Notes under the pieces: model-generated | Databases searched by the model: none | What the model was told of the DNA's origin: nothing | The model's input: the letters and a program-made list of their open reading frames with translations, nothing else | Assembly (NCBI RefSeq): GCF_963921235.1 | Contig: NC_086097.1 | Span: 253,210,001 to 253,274,000 of the forward strand | Reading direction: 5' to 3' | DNA length: 64,000 bases | Source of the DNA: Mobula hypostoma | Lineage: Eukaryota | Position numbers and translations under genes: made by a program | Part shown: positions 1-12,579 of the stretch, piece after piece | How the letters are laid out: every line of letters begins with the position of its first letter | Numbering within the stretch: position 1 is the first letter of the stretch

Positions 1-305
1 GTCCCTAACTTCCTTTGTCAGCCACAGTTGCCTACCCTGGCCTTGTAAGAACTTCTTCCTCTGTGGGACATATCTATCCTGCACCTTGTGAACTATTTCC
101 AGAAACTTCAGCCACCTCTGTTCTGCCATCAACCCCGCCAATATCCTCCACTTGGGTAAGCTCCTCTCTCATGCCTCTGTAATTCCCTTTATTCCATTGC
201 AATACTGATACATGTTAGTTATGCTTCTCCCTCTCAAATTGCAGAGTATGAATTCAATCATCTGATGATCACTGCCTCCTCAGGGTTCCTTTACATTAAG
301 CTCCC
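1..305 (-). mobile_element. CR1 LINE ORF2 fragment (end of APE endonuclease plus linker), decayed
   Basis: Minus strand reads ELNVKEP*GGSDH ... WLTKEVRD, typical of CR1 ORF2. Confidence 0.75.
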
Positions 306-334
306 CAAGTAGACAAAAAAAAACCATCTCGTAG

Positions 335-1780
335 ATGGCCCCATCAGAGATATTTAAAACATCCTTAGCAATAGGAGAGGTATCAGAGGACTGGAGGGTA
401 GCCATTGTTGCTCTACTGTTTAAAAAAGGCTCTAAACAGAAACCAGGAAATTATAGGCCAGTGAGTCTGACATCAGTTGTGGAAAAGTTACTGGAAGGTA
501 TTCCAAGGGACCAGATATGTAAGCATTTGGATAGACATGGACCGATTAAGGATAGTCAGCATGTCTTCGTGCATGGTAAGTCATGTCTACCCAAAATTAT
601 AGAGGTTTTTGAGGAAGTTACCAAGAAAGTTGATGAAGGCAAGGCAGTGGATGCAGTCGATATTGACTTTGGCAAAGCATTTGACGAGGTCCCACACGGG
701 AGGCTGGTCAGAAGGTGCAGTCGATCAGCATTCAGGACGAGGTAGTAAATTGGATCAGACATTGGCTTTGTGGGATAAACCAGAGAGTGGTAGCAGATGG
801 TTGCTTCTCTGACTGGAGACCTGTGACTTGTGGAGTGCCACAGGGATTGGTGTGTCATCTGTATCATTGAACTGGATGATAAATTTGCAGATGACACCAA
901 GACTGGGGGTGTACTGGACAGTTAGGAAGGCTATCATGGCTTACAGAGGCATTTGCCTCAGCTGGAAAAATGGGCTGAAAAATGGCAGATGGAATTTAAT
1001 GTAGTCAAGTGTGAGGTGTTGCACTTCGGTTGGACCAACCAGGGTAGGTCTTAAACAGTGAACGATAAGGCACTGAAGAGTGTGGTAGAACAAAAAGATC
1101 TACGTTTGTAGGCATACAGGTCCATAATTGATTGAAAATGGCATCATAGGTGGATAAGGTCCTAAAGAAAGCTCTTGTCACATTGGTCTTCATAAATTGA
1201 ACTACTGAGTACAGCAAATGAGATGCTATGTTGAAGTTGTATAAGACATTGGTGAGGCCTAATTTGGAGTATTGTGTGCAGTTTTGGTCACCTACCTACA
1301 GAAAAGATGTAAACATGGTTAAAAGAGTACAGAGAAAATCGACAACAATGTAGCTGAGCCTGGAACACTTAAGTTATAAGGAAAGATTGAATAGGATAGG
1401 ACCATATCCCTTAGAATGAGGAAGACTGAGAGGAGATTTGATAGAAGTACTTTATACAAAATTATGAAGAGTATAGATAGGGTTAATGCAAACAGGCTTT
1501 TTCCACTGAGTTGGATGGGATATGGTGAAAGGTGAGGTTCAATAGGAACATGAGGGGAAACTTCTTCACTCAAAGGGGTCTTGAGAGTGTGAATCGAGCT
1601 GCCAGTGCAAGAGGTGCATGTGAACTCGATCTCAACATTTAAACAAATTTGGACAGGTACATGGATGGTAGGGGTATAGGGGGCTATGGTCATGGTGCAG
1701 GTCGATGGGAGTGGGCAGTTTAAATAGTTTCAGCATGGACTAGATGGGCTGAAGAGCCTATTTCTGTGCTGTAGTTCTCT
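335..1780 (+). mobile_element. 5'-truncated CR1 LINE (RT domain to 3' UTR), decayed
   Basis: EDWRVA..LFKKG..PGNYRPVSLTS, DFGKAFDEVPH, KFADDTK and LVRPNLEYCVQFW motifs broken by stops and frameshifts; CR1 3' end gggctgaagagcctatttctgtgctg. Confidence 0.9.
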
Positions 1781-1829
1781 GAGAATCACTTCACACTGAA
1801 TCAGCACCTCTTTGGTCCTATTTTTCCAG

Positions 1830-1947
1830 ATATTGTGTTTCTTTCCGTTTACTATGAATACCCAGAAGACAATGAATCTCAGGGTTGTATATGATGACAA
1901 TATATGGACTTTGATAAATAAATTTCCTTTGAACTTTGAACTTTGAA
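1830..1947 (+). mobile_element. LINE 3' tail (Rex1-like family) ending in (TGAACTT)n
   Basis: aatctcagggttgtatatg...aataaattt..tttgaactttgaa recurs at about 3700, 13190, 37680, 49410 and 56740, several times directly after Rex1-like RT C-termini. Confidence 0.7.
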
Positions 1948-3039
1948 TCTGGTAATCATTCCCCGTGTCAGATCTGCTCAAAGCTACGTCTCTTGGACTT
2001 AAGGAGGTGAACTAAAGGGAGAGGATGGCAGTGATTAAAGACTTTGCTGGGGCAGGGATATAAAAGACTGAAGTTAGGAAGAGGTGGGGCGGACAAGCAG
2101 CTGTAGCTGTTTGATGCTGAATGGAAGCTCCGTGTCTCAGCAGCTGGCAGCTTGAAACTGCAATCATAAGCGACTTGGGAGCAAGATCATTCCAGAAGCA
2201 GATGGAGAAGGAAATGTAGTTGGAAGAGAGGTGGGAATCATCCCTATATGGAGAAAAATAAAATGCAACTCAGCAAAGACTCCTGGGATAAAATCTCACG
2301 TATGAACACAAAATGGCCAGGACGATCAGGAGATGGCCATCTGGCCCATTCAGTCTGCTCTACCATGGTTGGTCTGGCCCTGGACTCAACTCCACCCATC
2401 TGCCTCTTCCCCATAACCCTTAATTTCCCTAGTATGCAAACATTTATCTAGCTGTGCCTTAAGTATATTTAATGTGGTAGCCTCTGCTGCTTCCCTGGGC
2501 AGAAAAATCTACAGATTCACTACAGCAGTTTCTCCTCCTCTCCATCCTAAAATTTGGAGTTCAACCCAAAAAGCATGAAATGATTCATTTTGGAAGGTCA
2601 AATGGTAATCCATGTGTGGAGCCAAAAGAGATGGGGGAGATCATCTTTCAAATTCTAATCCTCTGGAAATGAATGCTAACATTGCATTTGCCTTCCTCAC
2701 CACAAACTCAGCCTGAAAGTCTGTTTTGATATTGGAAAGCTCAAAGGCTTTTGAAGATTTCTTTATCTGTTGATCTGTTGTGAATAGTATTGGAAGGATC
2801 ATTGGTTTAGTGACGACATGAATTCATTGACGTAAAATGGATGATCTGATAATTTGTTATTGAAATTAGATTTTTGCATTGTTTGAATTAGGTTTGCAAT
2901 AAGGAATAGGTAACTTACCAATGGATATTGTTTCTTTAGGGACCTCTGTGAATTATGACAAGGTACAGAGTCATGGAAGACTAAAATATTTCTTCTTTTT
3001 CACTTTTTTGTATGCTGCTTCTGATAGAGTTGAAAAGTT

Positions 3040-3978
3040 ATGCTCAGTGACCCACATTGTTAGAGACCTCCTGTACCTAATAAAATGGCAACTGAGTGTA
3101 TGTTCGTGGTCCTCTGCTGCCATAGCCCATCCAGTTCAAGGTTCAACATACTGATGTTCAGAGATGCTCTTCTGCACACCACTGTTGTAATGTGTTGTTA
3201 TTTGAGTTACTGTCACCTTCCTGTAAGCTTGAACCAGTCTGGCCATTCTCCTCTGACCTCTGTCATTAACAAAGCATTTTCACCCACAGATCAGCCACTC
3301 ACTGGATGTTTTTTTGTTTTTCACACTGTTCTCTGTAAACTCTAGACTAGAGGCTGTTGAGTGTCATAATAGCAGGCCATCAGAGTTTCTGGTTTCCACC
3401 AGGTTCAGGAACAAAGTCTCAATCATCAGGCTCTTGAATGAAAGGGGATAATTGCACCCAACTTCACTGGCCCAGTCATTGAAATGTTCCCACAACCCAT
3501 GAACTCACTTTCAAGGACTCCTCATCTCATGTTCTTGATACTTATTTATCTGTTATTATGATTTCTTTCTTTTAGTATTTGCACAGTTTGTTATCTTCTG
3601 CACACTGGTTAAACACTGAAGTTGATGCGGTCTTTCATAGATTCTGTTAGAGTTATTATTCTATTACGATTTATTAAATATGCCCACAAGAAAAGGAATC
3701 TCAGCATTGTATATGGTGACATATATGTACTTTGATAATAAATTTACTTTGAACCTTACTCAAACGACCCCATCTGGTACTAACAATCATTCTTCAGTCA
3801 AAGTCACTTAGATCACATTTCTTCCCCATTCTGATGTTTGGTTTGAACAATAACTGAACCTCTTGACCATATCTGCGTGCTTTTATGCTCTGAGTTGCTG
3901 CAACATGATTGGCTGATTAGATATTTGCATAAATGAGCAGGTGTATAGGTGTAGCTAATAAAGAGGCTACTCATTGTA
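3040..3978 (-). mobile_element. Internally deleted Tc1/mariner-like DNA transposon, interrupted by a LINE 3' fragment (about 3395-3755)
   Basis: TIR-like tacctaataaaatggcaactgagtgta and tagctaataaagaggctactca; reverse complement of the 39518-40240 copy; minus strand near 3830 encodes MGKKCDLSDFD-like Tc1 N-terminus. Confidence 0.75.
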
Positions 3979-4619
3979 CATCGTTCTTCTCTTGCTATTA
4001 AGGTATAATTCTTGAGACACTGTCTGAAATCGAGTTTCCAAAAGGTGTCTTTAAATTGGAATGATGCCAGTGTTGTTAAAAAATAGGAGTAGCTCAGACA
4101 TTTTTGAAGCAGAGCTGAGAAATAAACAGTATTTGAACCCCAATCAGTTTTCTTATAGCTGTCTAGGTCTGTTTATACAGTGTACACTTTACCCGTATCT
4201 GAAAGCATTTATAAACATTTTGTACAGACATTTTCAAAATAGACCTGACAACCATCAGTTGTAACGGAACTCCACACGTCTTTGATAGATTTTGGTCTTA
4301 GTTGAAAGTACAAACCACATTGGATTTATGTTCATCGCCTAAACACGTTGCTAGAATTACCGTTTGTCTTCTTTCAATGAAATTCCAAATGTAAGAATAG
4401 AAATTATGTTTCGTCATGGAATGTGCTTTTGTAATGTCTCGATTCAGACAAATGTGAAAAAATTCAAAACAGTGTCAGCTTCCTATTTAATCACAGTTGC
4501 CAAAACAGCGCCACTTGACGATCACTAAGGACGGCTCCTTACTCAAAAGCTATAGCACCAATTTTACTGAACAGAATGTCCCATAGAACCTGCAGTAGAA
4601 TTGGCAAATATTTAATTTT

Positions 4620-4800
4620 ATTTTAGTTTAGAGATACAGCACAGTAACAGCCCTTCCGAGCCTGTGTCACCCAATTCCACCCACATGACCTGTACATCTT
4701 TGAAAACGAGCACCCAGAGGAAACCCACGTGGTCACTGGGAGAACGAACAAACTCCTTACAGAACTCCTAGCAGAACTGAACCTGAGTCTCAAACACCGC
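4620..4800 (-). mobile_element. V-SINE (HE1-like) remnant
   Basis: gagcacccagaggaaacccacgtggtcactgggagaacgaacaaactcc is the reverse complement of the V-SINE core. Confidence 0.65.
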
Positions 4801-4804
4801 AATA

Positions 4805-5580
4805 ACCTGGAATTCTTTGCTACAGGCAGCTGTGGAAGCCAAGTCTTTATGTATATTTAAGGCAGATGTAGATAGATCCTTAATTGTTCAGGGCATGAAG
4901 GGATATGGGGAGAAGGCAGGAGATTGGGGCTGAGAGGAAAAATGGATCACCATGATGAATGCTTGGTCACCTGACCTCAATTGCCCAATCAGCTGCTTTC
5001 TGCTGAGTCTGAGTTATTCAAATCTTGATTGTCTAATCAACGGTTTTCTGCTGATCTATTCAAATCTTGATTGACTTGATTGCACAGACCAACTGTCAAA
5101 ACTGCCAGAATCTCTCGAGTCAAAGCCTCAAAGCTCCACTCCTTCACTGGCCCACTCACTCACTGGCTGGATAGATAGCATTGACGGGGATAGGCCTTTT
5201 CCATTGAGAGTGGGGGAGACTCAAACATGAGGGCATGAGTTGAGAGTTAAAGGGCAAAAGTTTAGGGGCAACATGAGGGGGAACTTCTTTACTCAGAGAG
5301 TGGTAGCTGTGTGGAACGAGCTTCCAGTAGAAGTGGTAGAGGCAGGTTCAATGTTGTCATTTAAAGTTAAATTGGATAGCTATATGGACAGGAAAGGAAT
5401 GGAGTGTTATGGGCTGAGTGCAGGTTGGTGGGACTATGTGAGAGTAGCGTTCGGCACAGACTAGAAGGGCCGAGATGGCCTGTTTCCGTGCTGTAATTGT
5501 TATATGGTTATATGAAATAGCGGAGCAGACATGATAGGCCAAATGGCCTAATTCTGCTCCTATATCTGATGATCTCGTGG
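4805..5580 (+). mobile_element. CR1 3' end split by a second CR1 insertion (inverted 5'-UTR-like piece about 4960-5168, then a plus-strand 3' end about 5170-5512)
   Basis: Host reads ...atcaccatgatgaat | ...atgaaatagcggagcagac. Inserted 3' end encodes FFTQRVVAVWNELP and has a (TATGGT)n-type tail. Confidence 0.75.
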
Positions 5581-5624
5581 TCTTAATAATGTTATGGACT
5601 ATGCACATCTATACTCAAAAGTCA

Positions 5625-6228
5625 TTCTACTGATGTGTGGCACAGAGCATCCTAACATGCTGGATCCCTGCATGGTACAGAAACTGCACTGTGGCGGACA
5701 GGAAGAGTCTACAACAGGTCGTCAAAACTGCCCAGTGCATCACTGACACCGGGCTACCCACCAACAAGGACATATAAACAGAAAGGTGCGGAAAAAGGGC
5801 GAGTAACATCATGAAGGATCCCACCCACCCTACTCATGGACTGTTTGTCCCACTCCCATCAGAGAGGAGGCTACATATTATCCAAACCAGGACCACCAGA
5901 CTCAGTTACTTTCCCCAAGCAGTGAGGCTGATCAACACCTCCACCCACTAACCCACCCCTCCACACCCCCAACCACCACTAATTTATCATTTCCTGTCAG
6001 TCACCTCATGTACAGACACTCCTGTGCCTAGCGTCACTTTATGGACATATAATCATTCTCTGTATATAAACTATCTTACATATTTATATTTATTATGTTT
6101 TTTTATTCTTGTGTTCTTTATCTTATTGTGTTTTTTGTGCTGCATCAGATCTGGAGTAACAATTAACTTGTTCTCCTTTACACTTGTGTACTGGAAATTA
6201 CTTTTTAAAATCTTGAATCTTGAATCTT
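5625..6228 (+). mobile_element. Rex1/Babar-like LINE 3' fragment with (AATCTTG)n tail
   Basis: ESILTCWIPAWY..DRKSLQQVVKTAQ..IMKDPTHP..LFVPLPS motifs. Confidence 0.8.
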
Positions 6229-7249
6229 ACAGGAACAAATCTGAGCTGTCTAACCATGGAATACTAGAAATACTTATATATTTTTTCTGTAAAGTTCTTC
6301 AATCTGAATGTTTCAAGTATTCATAAATTTAGCCAAAAATAACATTAAACAATCTTGCTATGCTAACCGCTATGCTACCATACCGTCCCATGATGGAAAA
6401 TACTTAAACACTGTTGTGGCAACACAGACTCTTACCATTTATCTGTGGAATTATTAAACTATGAAAGAAATATTAGGTTAGAGCATGTACTCTGGTACCT
6501 GTGGGAAAGACAGATGCAATCCGGTAGCAGAACTTCTGGGCTGTGTGAACCTGACTATTTTTAGCCAACAATTATTGAGGTCTCTATCATCAACGTATAA
6601 TCTACACATTGCAGACATACCTTGCATTTTCTGTGCAGGTTTTTAGATACAATTTACAACACTTCTGTTTGGTTTAAGCCTAATTCTTTCAAGAAAAATG
6701 TAAGGGCAAGACACTTTTCTGAAATTGGAGTAATATTTCATTCCAAATCTGTGCGGTATTACGCACTAAACTCGAATAATCTCTCAGCAGATAAGTGTTT
6801 GAAACTAAAATAAACCAGTCATTGTGGCTTTATAATTCCTTTCCAATCTAGGACTTAATTTGTGAAGTAAGTTGAGAAATAAACATACCTGGCTTGACAT
6901 ATCGAACCTCATCACTTCATGACAAATAAGAAACCATTCCAGATAGAAATTGGGACAAAACTGTTCTAGTATTCTCTATAATCTGTGATCAGTGATCAAA
7001 GCTTCTGGCTCACAGTTGTGGGGATCCAGCTTTAATCTTGACCATGTGGAGTTTACCCGCTCTCCCTGTGGCCACACAGCCCTCTGAAGATTGCCCAAAG
7101 TGTGCATATGTACGGTAGAATCTGCCCAGCATGTGCTGTCTATTTGTAACTGTGCTTTAAAAGTGAGTGGCCTCAGAGGGTCAGAGTCACAGAGAAGTGC
7201 AGCACAGAAACACACCTTTCAGCCTATCCAGTCCCTACCGAAACCATTT

Positions 7250-7928
7250 ACATAGGACATAGAATAGTACAGCACAGTACAGGCCCTTCGGCCCACATTG
7301 TTGTGCCGACCCTCAAACCCTGCCTCCCATATAACCCCCCATCTTAAATTCCTCCATATACCTGTCTAGTAGTCTCTTAAACTTCACGAGTGTATCTGCC
7401 TCCACCACTGACTCAGGCAGTGCATTCCACGCACCAACCACTCTCTGAGTTAAAAACCTTTCTCTAATATCCCCCTTGAACTTCCCACCCCTTACCTTAA
7501 AGCCACGTCCTCTTGTATTCAGCAGTGGTGACCTGGGAAAGAGGCGCTGGCTATCCACTCTATCTATTCCTCTTATTATCTTGTACACCTCTATCATGTC
7601 TCCTATCATCCTCCTTCTCTCCAAAGAGTAAAGCCCTAGCTCCCTTAATCTCTGATCATAATCCATACTCTCTAAACCAGGCAGCATCCTGGTAAATCTC
7701 CTCTGTACCCTTTCCAATGCTTCCACATCCTTCCTATAGTGAGGTGACCAGAACTGGACACAATAGTTTTATAGAGCTGCATCATTACATAGAACATAGA
7801 ATAGTACAGCACAGTACAGGCCCTTCAGTCCACATTGTTGTGCCGACCCTCAAACCCTGCCTCCCATATAACCCTCCATCTTAAATTCCTCCATATACCT
7901 GTCTAGTAGTCTCTTAAATTTCACTAGT
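7250..7928 (-). mobile_element. Two tandem CR1 3' ends (about 7250-7788 and 7789-7928)
   Basis: ORF 7313-7726 encodes EALERVQRRFTRMLPGL...TQRVVGAWNALP; the 3' terminus atagaatagtacagcacagtacaggccc is present twice. Confidence 0.9.
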
Positions 7929-7949
7929 CTCCCTGTGTCTCCTCTCATC

Positions 7950-8068
7950 AACCTGCATTCAATAACATAAGTCCACGGCTTTCATCTGCCCTGCACAGAA
8001 AAGCCACAAAGTTCACACTGCTGGGTAAATTGCTGCCACCGTCCAGGTACTGATCCTCCTCCAGCATC
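7950..8068 (-). pseudogene. Partial, internally deleted duplicate of the candidate exon at 10930-11100
   Basis: Aligns to 10931-11100 with a deletion of about 60 bp between gccctgc and acag(a/g)aaagcc. Confidence 0.55.
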
Positions 8069-8179
8069 GGTTATGCTGATCTGTTTACTTTGACCAACAG
8101 AATAGCAGTGAACCTAACTTTCAATCTCGATCAAATCAGATCTATTTTTTCAAACATGCTCATATATTTCTATACTGTT

Positions 8180-9310
8180 TCTGAGCAGTGGATGTCAGCG
8201 AGTTAGACAGGTGGGAAGAATTTAAAAAGAAGAGCAACTTTATACAACGGGTGTCAGAGTAGAGGGAGTCAGAGTAGGAGGGCTTTGGCTCAACGGGACT
8301 TCGGCAATAATGGGTCGAGGCGAGGCAAGTTACTTGTGAAGAGCAGAAATAGGAAATATGTCTGTGAGGCCATGTTCTGTACTAGGTGTCTGGGAGACTC
8401 CCAGCCTCCTGGACAACCACATCTGCACCAGGTGTGTCGAGCTGCAGCTCCTTAGGAACCAGGTCAGGGAACTGGAGCTGCAATTCGATAACCTTCATCT
8501 GGTCAGGGAGAGTGAGGTGGTGATAGAGAGGAGTTATAGGCAGGTAATCACAACTGGGGCCTTGGGAGACAGATAAATGGGTAACAGTCAGGAGAGTGAA
8601 GTGCAAGAGTAGAATACTAGAGAGTACTCCTGTGACCATCCCCCTTAACAATAAGTAGTCCTGCTTGAGTATTGTTGGGGGGGGTGGAAACGGCCTACCT
8701 GGGGGAAGCAACAGTGGCCGCGCCTCTGGCACAGAGTCTGGCCCTGTGGCTCAGAAGGGTAGGGAAAGGAAGAGGATGGCAGCAGTGATAGGGGACTCTA
8801 TAGTTAGGGGGTCAGACAGGCGATTCTGTGGACGCAGGAAAGAAACACTGATGGTAGTTTGCCTCCCGGGTGCCAGGGTCCAGGGTGTTTCTGATCGTGT
8901 CTACAATATCCTGAAGTGAGAAGGTGAACAGCCAGAGGTCGTGGTACATATTGGTACGAGCTACATAGGTAGGAAAAGGGAGGAAGTCCTGGAAACAGAC
9001 GACAGGGAGTTAGGAAGGAAGGCAGGATCGCAAAGGTAGTAATCTCGGGATTACTGCCTGTGCCACGCGACAGTGAGTATAGGAACAGAGTGAGGTGGAG
9101 GATAAATGCGTGTCTTAGAGATTGGGGCAGGGGACAAGGATTCAGACTTCTGGATCAATGGGACCTCTTTTGGGGCAGGCGTGACCTGTACAGTAAGGAT
9201 GGGTTGCACATGAATACGAGGGAGACCAATATCCTAGCTGACGCTTTTGGGGAGTGTTTAAACTAAAATTGCTGGGGTGTGGGAACCAAACTGAAGAGAT
9301 GGAGGAAGGG
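8180..9310 (+). mobile_element. CR1 5' UTR and ORF1 (zinc-finger-like region plus SGNH esterase), decayed
   Basis: HICTRCVELQLL, VIGDSIVRG, VVCLPGARV, VVVHIG and KDGLH motifs of CR1 esterase ORF1. Confidence 0.85.
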
Positions 9311-9384
9311 GTGATGGTGGTGGAGGCAGATACAAAAGGGTCTTTTAAGAGACTCCTGGATAGGTACATGGAGCTTAGAAAAAG

Positions 9385-10280
9385 TGTCACAATGGGGTGC
9401 TGGGAACAGACCCAAATGTGAGACACAGACACGGAAGTACAAGGATCAGGACTTGACTGGAGTGGGGACATGACAGGATACAGACAAGGAGCAGGGACAA
9501 GAACACAGACTTGGGCATGGACAAGACAGGCAACCCAGACATGGAACTATGCACTAGGAGCCTGGGCTTGGGCTCCGAGCCAGAGACCGGACAAGGACCC
9601 AGAACCTGGGTCTTGCCTCAAGCTCAGGCCCAGGCCCCAGAACCAGGCAAGGACATGACATGACTACAGGACAGGACATGGCTGGGGTCTAGAGGCTTGG
9701 GGCTGCAGGCTGGGGTCTTGGTCTTGAGGCTTGGGATCTTCTAGGCTTGTGTTCTTGGAGCTTGGCTTGGGCTCTTGGCAGAACTCCTGGGCAGGACGCA
9801 GAACTTCATCCCACAGAGGCAAGGACAGGGATGGACGGACCCAACCACAGGGTAACAGTAATTACAGCCTGGCTTACCCAACAGAGGTGAGGACAGGAAA
9901 GGAGCTCAATCTGGGGTGGCTCTGAGTCTCAGGGCAGCCAGCCACCTTAGTTGGCTACAGAAACAGCCAAATCCATACCACAATGACTGCTCCAACAAGT
10001 GGCAACAAGGCTTCATAAAGTAGTGGTCCTCCAACCAGGCCTAGAGATCACAAATGGTTTCACCAGCCTTCCATCAGCAGGTTGTTCCAAGGGGGACTGA
10101 CAAGACAAACCAGCAGCCCACATGCAACCCCAAGGCTACTTATATTCCAAACCCCAAGATGGGAATCAGGTGCCAATGATTAACTCAATCAAACCAAGGG
10201 ACAGCTGGAAGACCCAGAGTCCTGAGTCCAGGGACTGGACTGTGAACCGGAATGCGGACTTCACGGACCGGACCATAACA
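9385..10280 (-). mobile_element. Solo LTR-like insertion inside a CR1 3' end
   Basis: Termini TGTCAC...ATAACA; splits the CR1 sequence gagcttagaaaaa|tagagggctatggg; TATA-like tataagt on the minus strand near 10137-10143; TSD imperfect. Confidence 0.65.
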
Positions 10281-11010
10281 TAGAGGGCTATGGGTAACTC
10301 TAGATAATTTTTAAAGTAAGTACATGTTCGGCACAGCTTTGTGGGCTGAAGGGCCTGTATTGTGCTGTAGGTTTTCTATGTTCTGTGTTCTATGTTTGAA
10401 TTTACCCTATTTATACCCCTCATAATTTTTTATATCTATCAAATCTCCCTTCAATCATCTACGTTCCTAACCTATCCTATAGCCTACCATTGCTTTATGG
10501 ACATACTGTACAATCAAACTATGTGTATAACTGATCCTATGTTTTTGTGTTTCTTTTATAACAGTGTTCATTATCTTACTGCATTTTTGTGCTGCATTAG
10601 ATCCGAAGTGACAAGTATTTTGTTCTCTTTACACTTGTGTACTGGAAGTGAATTTAATCAATCTTGAGTTTTGAGCTGTGAATGTAACGGGAACAGATCT
10701 GTGCTGGCCATCAAAGCAATACTGGAAATAACGCACACCTCCACACCCACAGCCACCACTCCTTTATCGTTTCCTGTCAGAGTCACCTTATGTACAGACA
10801 CTCCTGTGCCTAGCGTCACTGTATGGATAGTGTAGTACATAGGTAGTGCTTACTGCATGGGAAAATGTTGGTAAGTTGAAAGCCACTAGTTGCTTTCTTC
10901 AGTAAAGAGATTGAATGCATTTTAATCTCCCTGCATTCAGTAACATAAGTCCACGGCTTTCATCCGCCCTGCTTAATGGAACAATGTTTGACTTGCAAGA
11001 TTCCTAGCTA

Positions 11011-11152
11011 TCACAAAGATAGCATGCACAGGAAAGCCGCAAAGTTCACACTGCTCAGCAAATCGCTGCCCCCGTCCAGGCACTGATCCTCCTTCAGCAT
11101 ATACGATCGCAACCGTGAGTTCAGGCACGGTGTTCCGAGTCTTTTCACGTGC
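11011..11152 (-). CDS. Candidate terminal coding exon of an unidentified host gene: HVKRLGTPCLNSRLRSYMLKEDQCLDGGSDLLSSVNFAAFLCMLSL*
   Basis: Non-TE, CpG-rich island; strong acceptor tgtgttgtctgttttgtacag; open phase-2 frame to TGA. A second frame is open to 10973, so the frame is uncertain. Confidence 0.4.
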
Positions 11153-11269
11153 CTGTACAAAACAGACAACACAGAAACAGCTATACGTGTTTGATCTTTT
11201 ATTTCTGCTGCAGGGAAATCTCATTGCAAGTATCTCTTGAGAAACCATCATGAAGGCAAACTCTATCAA

Positions 11270-12550
11270 GGATGTTGCTGGGAGATGAGAACCTCAGTTA
11301 TGGGGAGAAGTTGAATAAGGTACAGTACAGAGGACGATCATGAGAATGATTCTGGGAATTAAAGGATTAATATATAAGTAGTGTTTAATCGTTCTGGGCC
11401 TGTACTTGCTGGAGTTTAGAAGAATGAAGGGGGATCTCTTGCAACCTGTGGTATGTTGAAAGGCCAAGACAGTGGATGTGGAGAGGATGTTTCTTGTGAT
11501 GGGGGAGCCTAGGACCAGCGGGCACAGCCTCAGAATAGAGGGAATCCATTTAGAACAGAGATGAGAAGGAATTACTTTAGCCAGAAGGTGGTGAATCTGG
11601 GGAATTCATTGTCACAGATGGCTGTGGAGGCCAAGTCACTGGGTATACTTAAAGCAGAGGTTGATAGGTCAGGATATCAAAGGTTATAGGGAGAAGCAGG
11701 AGAACTGGGTTGAGAGCAAAAATAAATCAGTTGTACAAATGTCAGAGCATACTCAATGGGCTGAATGGCCTAATTCTGCTCCTATGTCTTACGTCTTATG
11801 GACTTTATTCCCTGGAACAAAGGAGACTGAGGGGAGATTTGATTAGAGGTGTACAAAATTTTGAGCGGTATAGACAGAGTAAATGCAAGCAGACTTTTAC
11901 TACTAAGGTTGGGTGAGACTAGAACAAGAGGTCATGGGTTAAAGGTGATATGTGAAATGTTTAAGGAAAACATGAGAGGGAACTTCTTCACACAGAGGGT
12001 GGTGAGAGTGTGAAATGAGCTGCCAGCACAAGTGGTGCATGCGAGCTCGATTTCAATATATTAGAGAAGTTTGGATAGGTGTATGGATGAGAGGTATATG
12101 GATAGGTATATGGGTGGGAGGTGTATGGATAGGTATATGTGGGAGGTATCTGGATGGGAGGTATATGGGTGGGAGGTATATGGATAGGAGGTATATGGAT
12201 GGGTATATGGATGGGAGGTATATGGGTGAGAGGTATATGGATGAGAGGTATATGGATAGGTATATGGGTGGGAGGTATACGGATAGGAGGTATATGGATG
12301 GGTATATGGATGGGAGGTATATGGGTGGGAGGTATATGGATGGGAGGTATATGGATGGGTATATGGATGGGAGGTATATGGGTGGGAGGTATATGGATGG
12401 GAGGTATATGGATGGGTATATGGATGGGAGGTATATGCATGGGTATATGGATGGGAGGTATATGGGTGAGAGGTATATGGATAGGTATATGGCCCAGGTG
12501 CAAGTTGATTGGACTGGGCAAGGACTAGATGGGCCTATTTCTGTACTTGT
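11270..12550 (+). mobile_element. Nested CR1 3' fragments (about 11335-11800 inserted in another CR1)
   Basis: GLYLLEFRRMKG-like and GLYSLEQRRLRGDL motifs; two separate 3' UTRs. Confidence 0.8.
12072..12492 (+). repeat. G-rich minisatellite (GGTATATGGATGGGA and 12-bp variants) expanded inside a CR1 3' end
   Basis: Direct tandem units of 12 and 15 bp; flanks match the CR1 sequence agaagtttggataggtacatggatg...tatgg.cc.aggtgca. Confidence 0.95.
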
Positions 12551-12579
12551 ACTAAAACACAAGTTCATGCTTAAATTGA

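Noticed and set aside
11011..11152. Assignment as SEC24 family
   Set aside because: Resemblance is short, needs an insertion and lacks the terminal helix; no symbol without a database search.
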